Shown piece after piece: positions 9,876 to 18,730 of a stretch of DNA of 64,000 nucleotides. The notes beneath the pieces were generated by a model that searched no databases, was not told the DNA's origin, and was given only the letters and a program-made list of their open reading frames with translations. The translations under genes and the position numbers were made by a program. Numbering within the stretch: the stretch's first letter is position 1; each line of letters starts with the position of its first letter. Source of the stretch: an uncultured Lewinella sp. (GTDB lineage: Bacteria > Bacteroidota > Bacteroidia > Chitinophagales > Saprospiraceae); the NCBI GenBank assembly GCA_937949535.1, contig CALEDI010000108.1, positions 4,149 to 68,148 of the forward strand. Reading direction: 5' to 3'.

Positions 9876-10835
9876 CTATCGTACTCGCTCCCAAAAGTCC
9901 GCCTCCATCCCCTTCACATCAATGCCCTCATACATCCAAACCGAGCGTTGGGTGTTTTCCGGAGGCGTCAGTACACTGACCTCCGAGGCTTGCTCGGGTT
10001 TCAGGAAGGCTTGCAGGAGGGCCACGTCCCACATCGTCCATTTTTCAGCGTCGGGGCCGGCGTGGTTTTCCCAGCGGGCGCGGAGGTACGCGCCCAGTTT
10101 GCCTGCTTTGGCGAGGTGGCCAAAGGTGCTTTCTCGCCCCCAAGTATACTTGATGGCGACGGAGATGGGCATCACGTGCAGCTCCAATCCTTCGGCGTTG
10201 AGGAGGTAGTTGGCGGCGTTGAGGTCTCGGCGGATGTTGAACTCGTCTTTGTTCCAGAAGTGGCCGTCGAAGTCGTAACGAAAGCCGAGAACGTAGGCCA
10301 CAACGCGGTCTTTTATTTTCGGTTCCAGCGCGATGGCCGAAGCCAAGTTGGTAGCGGCCCCGATACTGAGCACGGCCAGTTTTTCGCCGTCGTTTAGGGC
10401 CATCGCTTCTTCAATGATGAATTGCGCGGCGGGGCTATCGCGTGGGTCGTAATCGCCCCAAGGCTTGCCCATCATCAAGTCGGCGCCAAGCGGATGTGGC
10501 AGCTCGGTGCGCCCCATGATGGAGAGCAGCTCTTCGTTCAGTTGCTGGCTTTGGTAAACGGTGCTGTCTCCGCTCCAAACGTGAAACCACTGGGCCGAAC
10601 TGAGGCCCAAAACCTCAACCCCAGGGTAGCTATCCTTGAGCAAATAAGCGATCGCAAACAGGTCATCTATCTCATTGGCCGTGTCGGAGTCCAGTATCAG
10701 TTTCATCGGGGCTTCGAGGGGCCACACATAACGCGGAGCATCTGCAATTTCAGTCTTGCCGTCAGCAGTTTTTTCGGGCGGCGGCGCGCAGGTGCAAAGA
10801 ACGGTAAGGAGGAGCAAGGAAAGTAAAGTACGCAT
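9876..10835 (-). CDS. Nucleoside hydrolase (IU-NH family), probable lipoprotein
   Basis: N-terminal DSDTANEIDD motif, GAATNLA, EFNIRRD, WDVA; signal peptide ending LCTC. Confidence 0.85.
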   Translation of the reverse strand: MRTLLSLLLLTVLCTCAPPPEKTADGKTEIADAPRYVWPLEAPMKLILDSDTANEIDDLFAIAYLLKDSYPGVEVLGLSSAQWFHVWSGDSTVYQSQQLNEELLSIMGRTELPHPLGADLMMGKPWGDYDPRDSPAAQFIIEEAMALNDGEKLAVLSIGAATNLASAIALEPKIKDRVVAYVLGFRYDFDGHFWNKDEFNIRRDLNAANYLLNAEGLELHVMPISVAIKYTWGRESTFGHLAKAGKLGAYLRARWENHAGPDAEKWTMWDVALLQAFLKPEQASEVSVLTPPENTQRSVWMYEGIDVKGMEADFWERVR

Positions 10836-10863
10836 TGAGCAAATATAAGGTCATCACCTCAGC

Positions 10864-11403
10864 TCAATTTTGTACCGAGTTAAAAATTTCTTTTACCCAA
10901 TCGTTCACCATGCAGTCAATTATCAAGTGAATTCTTGGCTGATCGCCGTTGTTCCGAACTTCATGCAGGATGTGAAAATTGCAGTACCAGCATTCCCCTT
11001 CTTTCATGCGCACCGGAGTGTTCTCTAGTAGCAACTCTACCTTATCGTTGGTTTGAATGGGGATATGAAGCCGGACTTTGCCGTGCTCAAAACTATAACC
11101 AACGTCCCGATGAGGCCTGATGATGGCCCCTGGGTCTAGGGCATGAATTCGGAAGGTTTCTACCCTGCATTGAAAGAAGTTGAATATCGAAAGCAAATAA
11201 GGACATTTGTTCAGCGCATCGGTAGGTAGGAACTTAACATCGCCGTCTGGTCCTACTATGGGTTCAACCAGGTGCTTGGCCCAGAGGGTTTCCAACTCAA
11301 CGGAAGGATTGTAAATGTCGAAAAAGTCTGATTTCGAAAAATCGTCGAGTTCTTTTTTTATGGCCGCTGCATCGAATTCAAACGGGAGTTTAAGCGTATT
11401 CAT
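10864..11403 (-). CDS. Aspartyl/asparaginyl beta-hydroxylase-like 2OG-Fe(II) oxygenase
   Basis: PGAIIRPHRD...RLHIPIQTN...GECWY...HEVRN...RIHLIID; start chosen at ATG 11403. Confidence 0.85.
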   Translation of the reverse strand: MNTLKLPFEFDAAAIKKELDDFSKSDFFDIYNPSVELETLWAKHLVEPIVGPDGDVKFLPTDALNKCPYLLSIFNFFQCRVETFRIHALDPGAIIRPHRDVGYSFEHGKVRLHIPIQTNDKVELLLENTPVRMKEGECWYCNFHILHEVRNNGDQPRIHLIIDCMVNDWVKEIFNSVQN

Positions 11404-11541
11404 ATCTGTGGGTTCTATTGCGTAGTTGCAAAAATAGCGGGCTTTGTTATAGGCCAACCAAACACAGCGGGCGTTTCCTTAAAACGGACCAACCAGCTTT
11501 GCCGAAGATAACGCGCTCTGCTGACATTTAAGGAGCTACCA

Positions 11542-11624
11542 GTTAGGGTGATAAGAATGTTTGATGAACTTCTCCAAACTCGAGGCGAGTTTCGTGGCTA
11601 CTTTACCAACATTCTTATCACCCT
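11542..11624. repeat. Inverted repeat (18-bp arms TAGGGTGATAAGAATGTT) enclosing CTCCAAACTCGAGGCGAGTTTCGTGG
   Basis: Arms read directly; the core matches the ends of a module in the 40.6-41.0 kb element. Confidence 0.8.
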
Positions 11625-11670
11625 AGCTACCAGTGGTGAAAAATGTATAACAATGCACGGCTTCCACCAC

Positions 11671-14600
11671 CTACTCTTCCCAAACCCCATCCGCTCGCTC
11701 TTGGTCTAGGAGCAGGAAATTCGGGTCCAGCACAACCTTATCTGGCCGTTCACTTAGCTCAACCCCGACGTGGGTATTGATGGCGGAGATGCGCAACCGC
11801 TTCAAGGCCAACAACCGTTCCCCTGCGTAGAAGCCTACCTCAACGTAGTCTGCCAAAGGCAGAGAGGCCAACACTCCTTCCGTGATGCTGCTTCCAGCAG
11901 CGTCTTCGTAGGTTCGTTTTCCGCTTGCGTTGGCGCGGTACTTGATCGTTTGCAGGTCAAATGAAACCGGGTAACGACCGTCGTTTGCGGGTCCAACTAC
12001 TACTTCATCTAGTCGGTTATCGTAGAGGGTGATGGTCTCGAAGTAATCCGTGATGAGGTACTGCAACGAATCTGGCGTTGCCGCACGGAGCGCCGCTACC
12101 AGATCAAGCGAAGTAGCGAAAGGCGGCGGCGCAAACCGGTACCGGTCTTCAAAATCCGCTAGGGCGGTATGGAAAGCATCCTCTCCCAAATAACAGCTCA
12201 GGGCGTGGTAAGCTAGGGCAGCTTTGCGGTAGTTGAGGAATTCTTGTTTTTCGCCCGCCACAATGAGCGGCACCTCCCCTCCCCTGCCCTTCCGAACCGC
12301 GAAGTAGCGTTTCTGAAAGAAACGAAGTACCCCCTGAGCGAACTCCGCCCCATACTCCCGCTCCGTCACCTTCAAGGCGAGGTAATCCGATAAGCCTTCC
12401 GTGATCATCCGGCCGCCCTTCACATTGGCGGGGTCTACGCGGTGGCCCCACCAGTAGTGCGCCACTTCGTGCGCCCCCGTGAAGAAGGGCACGTTGAACA
12501 CTTCGTTGTTCGTATGGTCCACATCGCAGAGCAGCATACTCTCCGAGTACGGAATCAGGTTGGCGTTCAGGGTGGCGTGGCTGCCGTAGTTGTTCGGGTA
12601 TTCCACCATCTGGAGCTGGTCGTGTTCCAGCTCTCCAAACAACGCACTGAAGTACGCTACCCCAGACCGAACGCCATGCCGGATGTGCTCAATGTTCTGG
12701 CTGTGCTCCGGCAAGTATTGAAAAGTCAGGGGCATGTTGGCGGCCGTATCCCGTACGGTTTCGTAGCGGCCCGAAAGCCAAGAGATGTTGTTGACAATCG
12801 GGGCAGCAGAGCGGTAATGGAAGTAGTTTCGTCCGTCTTCTTGCCATTGCCGAACGAGGTTTCCTTCGGAGAATACTTCTTGGTCTGCTGCGGTGCTGAC
12901 GGTTGTTTCGTAGTCGATCCGGCCCATGTTGTTGCCGGAATAACTGTAGCCCAACAAGGTTGTGTCTGTAGGTAAAAGCTCCCGCACCGTACGCTCACCG
13001 AGTCCGTACTTGGTCCGCTTTTTGGCGTTAGAGAGGTAAGCCTCCCGAACGCCAAGGGTAGGCAAGATGTGGTACCCCAACAGGTAAGTGCCGTTGGGTT
13101 TTACCCGGTCGTTGGAGTGTAGTAAGCCGTTGGGGGCGTTCTGCACTTCAAAATCTAACCGAAGGCTATCGCCGCTCAGGAGCGGCTTGTCTAGCAGCAA
13201 CAATTGGTAGTGCAGTTCTTCGTCGTCTTTCAGTACTTGGTGTGGGTTCCGGACGGTGTATTCGCCTACATCTTTCAGGCTGGACGCCAGCAAGACGGTG
13301 TCTAGGGCTTCGCTCGTTCGGTTGGCGAACCATAGCGTGCCGTTGGCTTTGTAGGCCAGGTCTTCGGGGTAGAGCGCTAGATTGATTTTGGCTTTTGCGA
13401 GACGGGGCTGGAGCAGGCCAGCGTAGCGGCCAAACTCCTGTTCGTTGCGTACCAGAAAAGCGTCGTAGGTCGCTTCGTCTATTGTCCGGTGTTGGCCGAT
13501 GTGGTCGTGGTGGAAGAGGGTGGCTCCGAGGCCCAAGAACGCCAAGCCGCAGGTGAGCATGGCTGGTTGTAGTACCTTGCCCTCCAACTTTCTTTGCATC
13601 CAGCGTTCGCGCCAAGAAAAAACGTAGCCCCTCCGCCACAAATACAGGCTCCCGCCCAGCAGCAAAAGCCCGCCCAGCAACCAGTAGCCCTTGAAGGCCG
13701 CAAAGTACGCCAGCCCCGGCCCGTAGCCGAAGAAGTCGGAAAACGGAAAGCCAATATCTACCCCCGGAACGCTGTTGAATTTGAACACCCCTGCCTGCAT
13801 CCAAGACCACCCCAGTTGCTTGCCAAACTCGCCAAAAAGCCCCACCGCCGAAGGCAATAAAACCATCACGAAGAAACCCAAGTAGAGGTTCCGCAACAAA
13901 TTATAAACGAAGGTAGCCGCACAAGCCCAAATCAAGAAATGTACAAAATGGAGGCAGAACAACTCGAAAACGTAGTGCCCAATCTCGAAGCGAAAATAGC
14001 CGTTGATCGCCTGCGTAACAACGCCCGCAACCAGCACGACCAATAACAGCAACAACTGCACCTTGAGCACCGCCAAAAGCCGAGACAACAACAGCACCCA
14101 ATCTGGCTGCGGCGTTGCGTCAATCAAGTCTCCCATCCCCGTACTCCGCCCCCGGTGCGCCAGCAAACCAGCGTACAAAAAGGTAACCAAGTTGATCACG
14201 AAACTGAAGATGAACATCGGGATGGCCAACATCGTAGCCGTAGTCGGTTGGATCTCGAAGCCGTTCTGCGGGTTCATCTGGCTCTGCTGCACAAACACCA
14301 ACACGAAGCCCGTAAGCAGCAAAGCCACGAAGGGCCAACTGCGGGCAATCCACCAGAAATCTATGGTAGACAAAGACCAGGCCGTCCGCAGCCCAGTCCT
14401 CGTTCCGTAATGCAAACCAACCAAAGGGCGCTCCGCTTGGGCCTGTTTCTGCCCCCCAACAACCTCTGGTTTCTTACTGCTCGCTGTGCGCCCAAACTGG
14501 CTAAAACTAAACGTTCTCCACGCAGACCAACACAAGCCCAACGCCACGCCTCCCCACAACGCCCGGTTGGCCAGCAGCAAGGCTGTAAACGGAACCATCC

Positions 14601-15291
14601 GCCCGTTGCGCTCCGCTATCGTCCAGCCCCGAACGCCTTCTTTTACGGCCGAAACGCCCGTTGGGTCCAGCAAACCAACTAGCCAATCCGTCTCTCCTCC
14701 ACCAAAAAAACTACTAGCCAGTGCCTGAAACATCACAACCAAAATGATAGAAATGAACGCCAAGTACACGTTGCGCGTACCCACCACTACCCGAAAAACC
14801 AGCGCACCAAACAACAGCAAGTTCGGGAACAGGAAAAGACCAAACAACACCCCGTAGTTAAGTGGCGAAAACGGCACCACTACACCCTCCGGAATGCCCG
14901 GCATCAAGGCCCCCAGCGCAAAGCCCAAACCGATCCCGCAAACGATCAGTCCCGCAATCAGCATTGCCGCCCCAAACTTGGCCGGAAGGTAATCTCCCTT
15001 AGTCAGCGGATAAGAAAACAGTACGGTATACATCCGGCTCTGGTAATCTCGAGACAAAGCCGCCCCAACGATGGTAGGCAGCAAAAACAACAACGGGTAG
15101 TTGAGGTAATTGGCCATAAAGATCAGCCGGAAACCGGAGTTCAGCACCTCGGCATCCTCCCCTCCCGTAGCCTCGGCAGACATCCCCCACATCGTAAGGA
15201 AAGACAAGCCAAAAAGCGCAGTAGCGTAGAGCCACGGCAACGGTTGGCGGCTCCAATGAAAAAGTTCGTGACGGAAAATAGTGGATAACAT
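11671..15291 (-). CDS. ABC-2 type permease fused to an M1-family aminopeptidase domain
   Basis: ~550-aa multi-TM N-terminus; C-terminal HEVAHYWWG...EGLSDY zinc-binding motif. Confidence 0.9.
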   Translation of the reverse strand: MLSTIFRHELFHWSRQPLPWLYATALFGLSFLTMWGMSAEATGGEDAEVLNSGFRLIFMANYLNYPLLFLLPTIVGAALSRDYQSRMYTVLFSYPLTKGDYLPAKFGAAMLIAGLIVCGIGLGFALGALMPGIPEGVVVPFSPLNYGVLFGLFLFPNLLLFGALVFRVVVGTRNVYLAFISIILVVMFQALASSFFGGGETDWLVGLLDPTGVSAVKEGVRGWTIAERNGRMVPFTALLLANRALWGGVALGLCWSAWRTFSFSQFGRTASSKKPEVVGGQKQAQAERPLVGLHYGTRTGLRTAWSLSTIDFWWIARSWPFVALLLTGFVLVFVQQSQMNPQNGFEIQPTTATMLAIPMFIFSFVINLVTFLYAGLLAHRGRSTGMGDLIDATPQPDWVLLLSRLLAVLKVQLLLLLVVLVAGVVTQAINGYFRFEIGHYVFELFCLHFVHFLIWACAATFVYNLLRNLYLGFFVMVLLPSAVGLFGEFGKQLGWSWMQAGVFKFNSVPGVDIGFPFSDFFGYGPGLAYFAAFKGYWLLGGLLLLGGSLYLWRRGYVFSWRERWMQRKLEGKVLQPAMLTCGLAFLGLGATLFHHDHIGQHRTIDEATYDAFLVRNEQEFGRYAGLLQPRLAKAKINLALYPEDLAYKANGTLWFANRTSEALDTVLLASSLKDVGEYTVRNPHQVLKDDEELHYQLLLLDKPLLSGDSLRLDFEVQNAPNGLLHSNDRVKPNGTYLLGYHILPTLGVREAYLSNAKKRTKYGLGERTVRELLPTDTTLLGYSYSGNNMGRIDYETTVSTAADQEVFSEGNLVRQWQEDGRNYFHYRSAAPIVNNISWLSGRYETVRDTAANMPLTFQYLPEHSQNIEHIRHGVRSGVAYFSALFGELEHDQLQMVEYPNNYGSHATLNANLIPYSESMLLCDVDHTNNEVFNVPFFTGAHEVAHYWWGHRVDPANVKGGRMITEGLSDYLALKVTEREYGAEFAQGVLRFFQKRYFAVRKGRGGEVPLIVAGEKQEFLNYRKAALAYHALSCYLGEDAFHTALADFEDRYRFAPPPFATSLDLVAALRAATPDSLQYLITDYFETITLYDNRLDEVVVGPANDGRYPVSFDLQTIKYRANASGKRTYEDAAGSSITEGVLASLPLADYVEVGFYAGERLLALKRLRISAINTHVGVELSERPDKVVLDPNFLLLDQERADGVWEE

Positions 15292-15319
15292 CTTTCTATG
15301 GTTTTATTGCTTGATGGCT

Positions 15320-15376
15320 TTGTGATCTCTGTGTTCTTCTGTGATCTCTGTGTTTTTCTGTGTCCTTCTGTGATCT
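15320..15376. repeat. 9-nt tandem repeat (CTGTGATCT/CTGTGTTCT-like)
   Basis: About 6 degenerate units between the two ABC genes. Confidence 0.7.
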
Positions 15377-15387
15377 ACAAGCGCCCC

Positions 15388-16254
15388 CTACCTCATCATC
15401 GCAAAGAAGTAAACATCCTCCAACGAAGGCGAAGCCGGCGCGAAACCGGCGGGCATCGTGGTGGCTTCTACCCGAATTCGGAGGCTGTTGTCTCGGTTGT
15501 AAGCAGAGGATAGTACTTGGTATTTTGTCTGGTATTCAGGCAATTCCCCCGCAGCAATATTAGCCGTCCAGACCCATCCTTTGAGGTCCGCCATGGCCTG
15601 TTCGGGGGTGTTGTGCAACAACAAATTTCCTTTATTCATCACAGCAATGTTGGTACACAAATCGGCGATGTCCTCCACAATGTGGGTAGAGAAAATTACG
15701 ATACTCTCCGTGCTGATGGCGCGCAAGATGTTGAGGAACCGCTGTCGTTCTGCGGGGTCGAGGCCTGCCGTTGGTTCATCGACGATGATGAGCCCCGGGC
15801 TATTGAGCAGTAGCTGGGCGATGCCGAAACGTTGCTTCATGCCGCCCGAATAGCTGCTCACGGCGGTACGACGGTGGGCGGTCAGGTTGGTAACTTCTAG
15901 GCAGTAATCGATCATTTTTTGTCGTTCGGCGCGGTTGGCCAGCCCCTTCAAGCGGGCGAGGTAATCCAGCAAGCGTTCGGCCGATAAGCGCGGGTAAACA
16001 CCAAACTCTTGCGGCAGGTAGCCGAGGGTTTTGCGCAGGGCGAGCGGGTCGGCCAGTACGTCGATGTCGCCATAGCGGATGGTTCCCGTATCGGGCTGTT
16101 GCAGGGTAGCGATGGTGCGCATCAAGGTAGACTTGCCCGCCCCGTTAGGGCCCAGCAGGCCGAACATTCCGTTGTTGAGCACTAGGCTAATATCGTTCAG
16201 CGCACGGGTGCCGTTGGGGTAGGTTTTGCTTACGTTTTGTAGTTGGAGATTCAT
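15388..16254 (-). CDS. ABC transporter ATP-binding protein
   Basis: GPNGAGKST, YSGGMKQR, IIVDEPTAGLD, STH; true start MNLQLQ at 16254. Confidence 0.95.
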   Translation of the reverse strand: MNLQLQNVSKTYPNGTRALNDISLVLNNGMFGLLGPNGAGKSTLMRTIATLQQPDTGTIRYGDIDVLADPLALRKTLGYLPQEFGVYPRLSAERLLDYLARLKGLANRAERQKMIDYCLEVTNLTAHRRTAVSSYSGGMKQRFGIAQLLLNSPGLIIVDEPTAGLDPAERQRFLNILRAISTESIVIFSTHIVEDIADLCTNIAVMNKGNLLLHNTPEQAMADLKGWVWTANIAAGELPEYQTKYQVLSSAYNRDNSLRIRVEATTMPAGFAPASPSLEDVYFFAMMR

Positions 16255-16268
16255 TGGCTTGGTAGGTT

Positions 16269-16373
16269 TGGCAGGTTGCAGGTTGCAGGTTGCAGGTTGC
16301 AGGTTACAAGTTGCAGGTTGCAGGTTGCGCCCTGAAACGCACTTGCAACTTGCAACCTGCAACTTGCAACTTG
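16269..16373. repeat. Heptamer arrays (GTTGCAG)n / (TTGCAAC)n in inverted orientation, forming a hairpin in the ABC operon leader
   Basis: Read directly: ~8 units followed by ~4 reverse-complement units. Confidence 0.85.
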
Positions 16374-16415
16374 TCACAAACATGAGGGCGGCGGAGCGCA
16401 GGTGCAATGAAAGGA

Positions 16416-16445
16416 TGATGAAGGGCGGATTTGCCGTGATGAAGG
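16416..16445 (-). promoter_or_regulatory. Putative LytTR binding site: 9-bp direct repeat CCTTCATCA-N12-CCTTCATCA
   Basis: TGATGAAGG at 16416-16424 and 16437-16445; 9+12 spacing is canonical for LytTR regulators; lies between the divergent ABC and LytS/LytTR genes. Confidence 0.7.
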
Positions 16446-16529
16446 CCCCGACCGACCAATATCACGAGAAATGGCCCCTTCGTCATCATTCCGCCGCCGG
16501 TCGGGGCAGACAAGCCTTATTTTGCAAGC

Positions 16530-18005
16530 ATGAACCGAACGGCAAACCAACAAACCGCCCCGCCGCCTTGGCAAACGACGCTCCTCCTGAGCGTAGTCCT
16601 CCTCGTTACGTCCTACGTACTAGCTCAGGCTACGGGGGCAGCCTCTTCCGTAGGCGTACTACTGCGCTTTCTGGGAAGCTTGGCCATGTTCTTCGGCACA
16701 ATGTTCGTCCTGACCTACCAATGGCCATGGATGAAGAAAAAAGAACGGCTGCTACTTGGGGCAATCGTTTATAGTTGTTACTTCGTCGGGACTTTGGTGT
16801 TCCAGCCTACCCTCCAAGGCCTACCTTTTACCAGACACCTCCTCCTTACCGATAGCTTTGCCAACCAGCAGACCCTTCGCTTGCTAGTTCCCGTTCTCCT
16901 CCTCGTTCACTTGCTGCTCTTTCGCCGCAGGCTTGACCTGAGCCAGATAAGCTGGGCCAAATGGATGACGCCCCTCCGGGTAGCGTTGGCCCTCACCCTA
17001 CTGCTCAGCTTCGGCATGGTAATAATGAGTACCCGCTTCCAAGAGCAAATACAAACGATGAGTGGAGCCGCAGCCTTCGGCCTCTACCTGTGGTTGGTCG
17101 TTCAGTGCTTTGTGGTTTACATCCCCTACTACCTTTTATACCACCTACACCACCATTACTTATTCTCCGACCTCTGGCTAAGGAGTATTGCCCACTACTT
17201 GCTTGGCGCAATTGGGCTGGTACTGGGCTTCGCGATTGTTCATGCCGCGCTGGTGGTGTGGTTGCCCGTGGTCAGTGTGTATTTCCTGCATCCCGCAGGG
17301 ATGACCGGTACGGCAATTTCCGACATAAGCGTTGGTTTTGCCATCAGCATTTTCACGCTCACCTTCCCGCTCATCTTGGCCTTGGAGTGGTTCCGCAAGG
17401 AGCGCGCCATCACTACACTAGCCGCAGAAAAATCTGCCGCCGAGCTTGCCTTGCTAAAGGAGCAGATCAACCCCCACTTCTTCTTCAACACCCTCAACAA
17501 CCTCTACGCCATGAGCCTGACGGCCGAGGCCGAAACCCCCAAAACCATCCTGAAACTGTCGCAGCTCATGCGCTACGTCATCTATCGGGGCAAGGCGCAA
17601 ACCGTCTCGCTGCGCGAAGAAGTAGACTACCTCCAAGATTACCTCGATCTCCAAACCATTCGCCTACACAAACCACTCGACCTTCGCTTTAACGTAGAGA
17701 CCGACAACGAGAACATTCACATTCCGCCGCTGCTCTTCATCGTACTAGTCGAAAACGCCTTCAAACACGGCGTAGAACCAGCCGAAGACGGCTGTTTCCT
17801 ACATTTACACCTTAGCTCAACACCCAACGAGTTGACGTTCCGCTGCGACAACTCCACCCCCCAACCAGAAGGCAACCTACCCGAACCAGGCATCGGGCTA
17901 GACAACCTACGCCGACGCCTAGACCTTCACTTCCCCAACCAGCACGAGATCAAAATCGAACGACGACCAGAAAGCTTTTCCGTCGTCCTAAAGCTTGAAC
18001 TATGA
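16530..18005 (+). CDS. LytS/YehU-type sensor histidine kinase
   Basis: Multi-TM N-terminus; LKEQINPHFFFNTLNNLY, VENAFKHG, GIGLDN. Confidence 0.95.
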   Translation: MNRTANQQTAPPPWQTTLLLSVVLLVTSYVLAQATGAASSVGVLLRFLGSLAMFFGTMFVLTYQWPWMKKKERLLLGAIVYSCYFVGTLVFQPTLQGLPFTRHLLLTDSFANQQTLRLLVPVLLLVHLLLFRRRLDLSQISWAKWMTPLRVALALTLLLSFGMVIMSTRFQEQIQTMSGAAAFGLYLWLVVQCFVVYIPYYLLYHLHHHYLFSDLWLRSIAHYLLGAIGLVLGFAIVHAALVVWLPVVSVYFLHPAGMTGTAISDISVGFAISIFTLTFPLILALEWFRKERAITTLAAEKSAAELALLKEQINPHFFFNTLNNLYAMSLTAEAETPKTILKLSQLMRYVIYRGKAQTVSLREEVDYLQDYLDLQTIRLHKPLDLRFNVETDNENIHIPPLLFIVLVENAFKHGVEPAEDGCFLHLHLSSTPNELTFRCDNSTPQPEGNLPEPGIGLDNLRRRLDLHFPNQHEIKIERRPESFSVVLKLEL

Positions 18006-18721
18006 CCACCCTCCGAGCCCTCATCATCGACGACGAACCGCTTGCCCATAAGGTCATCATGCAGTACGCGCAAGATGTACCGTTTTTAGACATCGTAGGC
18101 CAGTGCTACAAAGCCACCGAAGCCTACGCCATGCTAGAAAACCAAGCCGTAGACCTGCTGTTTCTCGACATCAACATGCCCCGCCTCAAAGGGCTAGACT
18201 TCCTGCGCACCCTAGCGCATCCCCCCGCCGTCATCATCACCTCCGCCTACGAAGAGTACGCCCTAGAAGGCTACGAACTCCGCGTAACCGACTACCTACT
18301 CAAACCCTTCAGCTTCGAGCGCTTTCTGCGGGCAGTCAACTCCGCCCGCAAGCAAAACAGCCCGGAAAGTCCTACACAAACGGCCTCCACTGCCACCTCT
18401 CAAGCACCCCTCGCCTACCCCGAACAACTCTTCATCAAGGTAGATAAACGCCAACTCCAACTCAACTTGGCCGACATCCACTACCTCGAAAGCTTCGGTA
18501 ACTACGTCAAAGTCTGGACCGGCAAAGACTACCACCTCACCGCCCGAACCCTGACGAGCTTCGTTGATTCCTTACCGCCAGACTTTGCCCGCATCCACAA
18601 ATCGTTCATCGTCCGGAAGCAATACATCGAATACATCGAGGGCGCTACCGTCGTGATGGTAAGCCAGCGGGTACTTCCGGTAGGGAAAAACTTCCGGGCA
18701 ATCGTTCGGGAATGGTTTTGA
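18002..18721 (+). CDS. LytTR-family response regulator
   Basis: IIDDEP, FLDINMP, YLLKP receiver; RIHKSFIV LytTR domain; 4-nt overlap with the kinase. Confidence 0.95.
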   Translation: MTTLRALIIDDEPLAHKVIMQYAQDVPFLDIVGQCYKATEAYAMLENQAVDLLFLDINMPRLKGLDFLRTLAHPPAVIITSAYEEYALEGYELRVTDYLLKPFSFERFLRAVNSARKQNSPESPTQTASTATSQAPLAYPEQLFIKVDKRQLQLNLADIHYLESFGNYVKVWTGKDYHLTARTLTSFVDSLPPDFARIHKSFIVRKQYIEYIEGATVVMVSQRVLPVGKNFRAIVREWF

Positions 18722-18730
18722 GCCTAGAAC

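Noticed and set aside
16255-16407. LQPATCN-repeat N-terminal extension of the ABC ATPase
   Set aside because: It is a translation of the heptamer array; the ABC domain starts at 16254.
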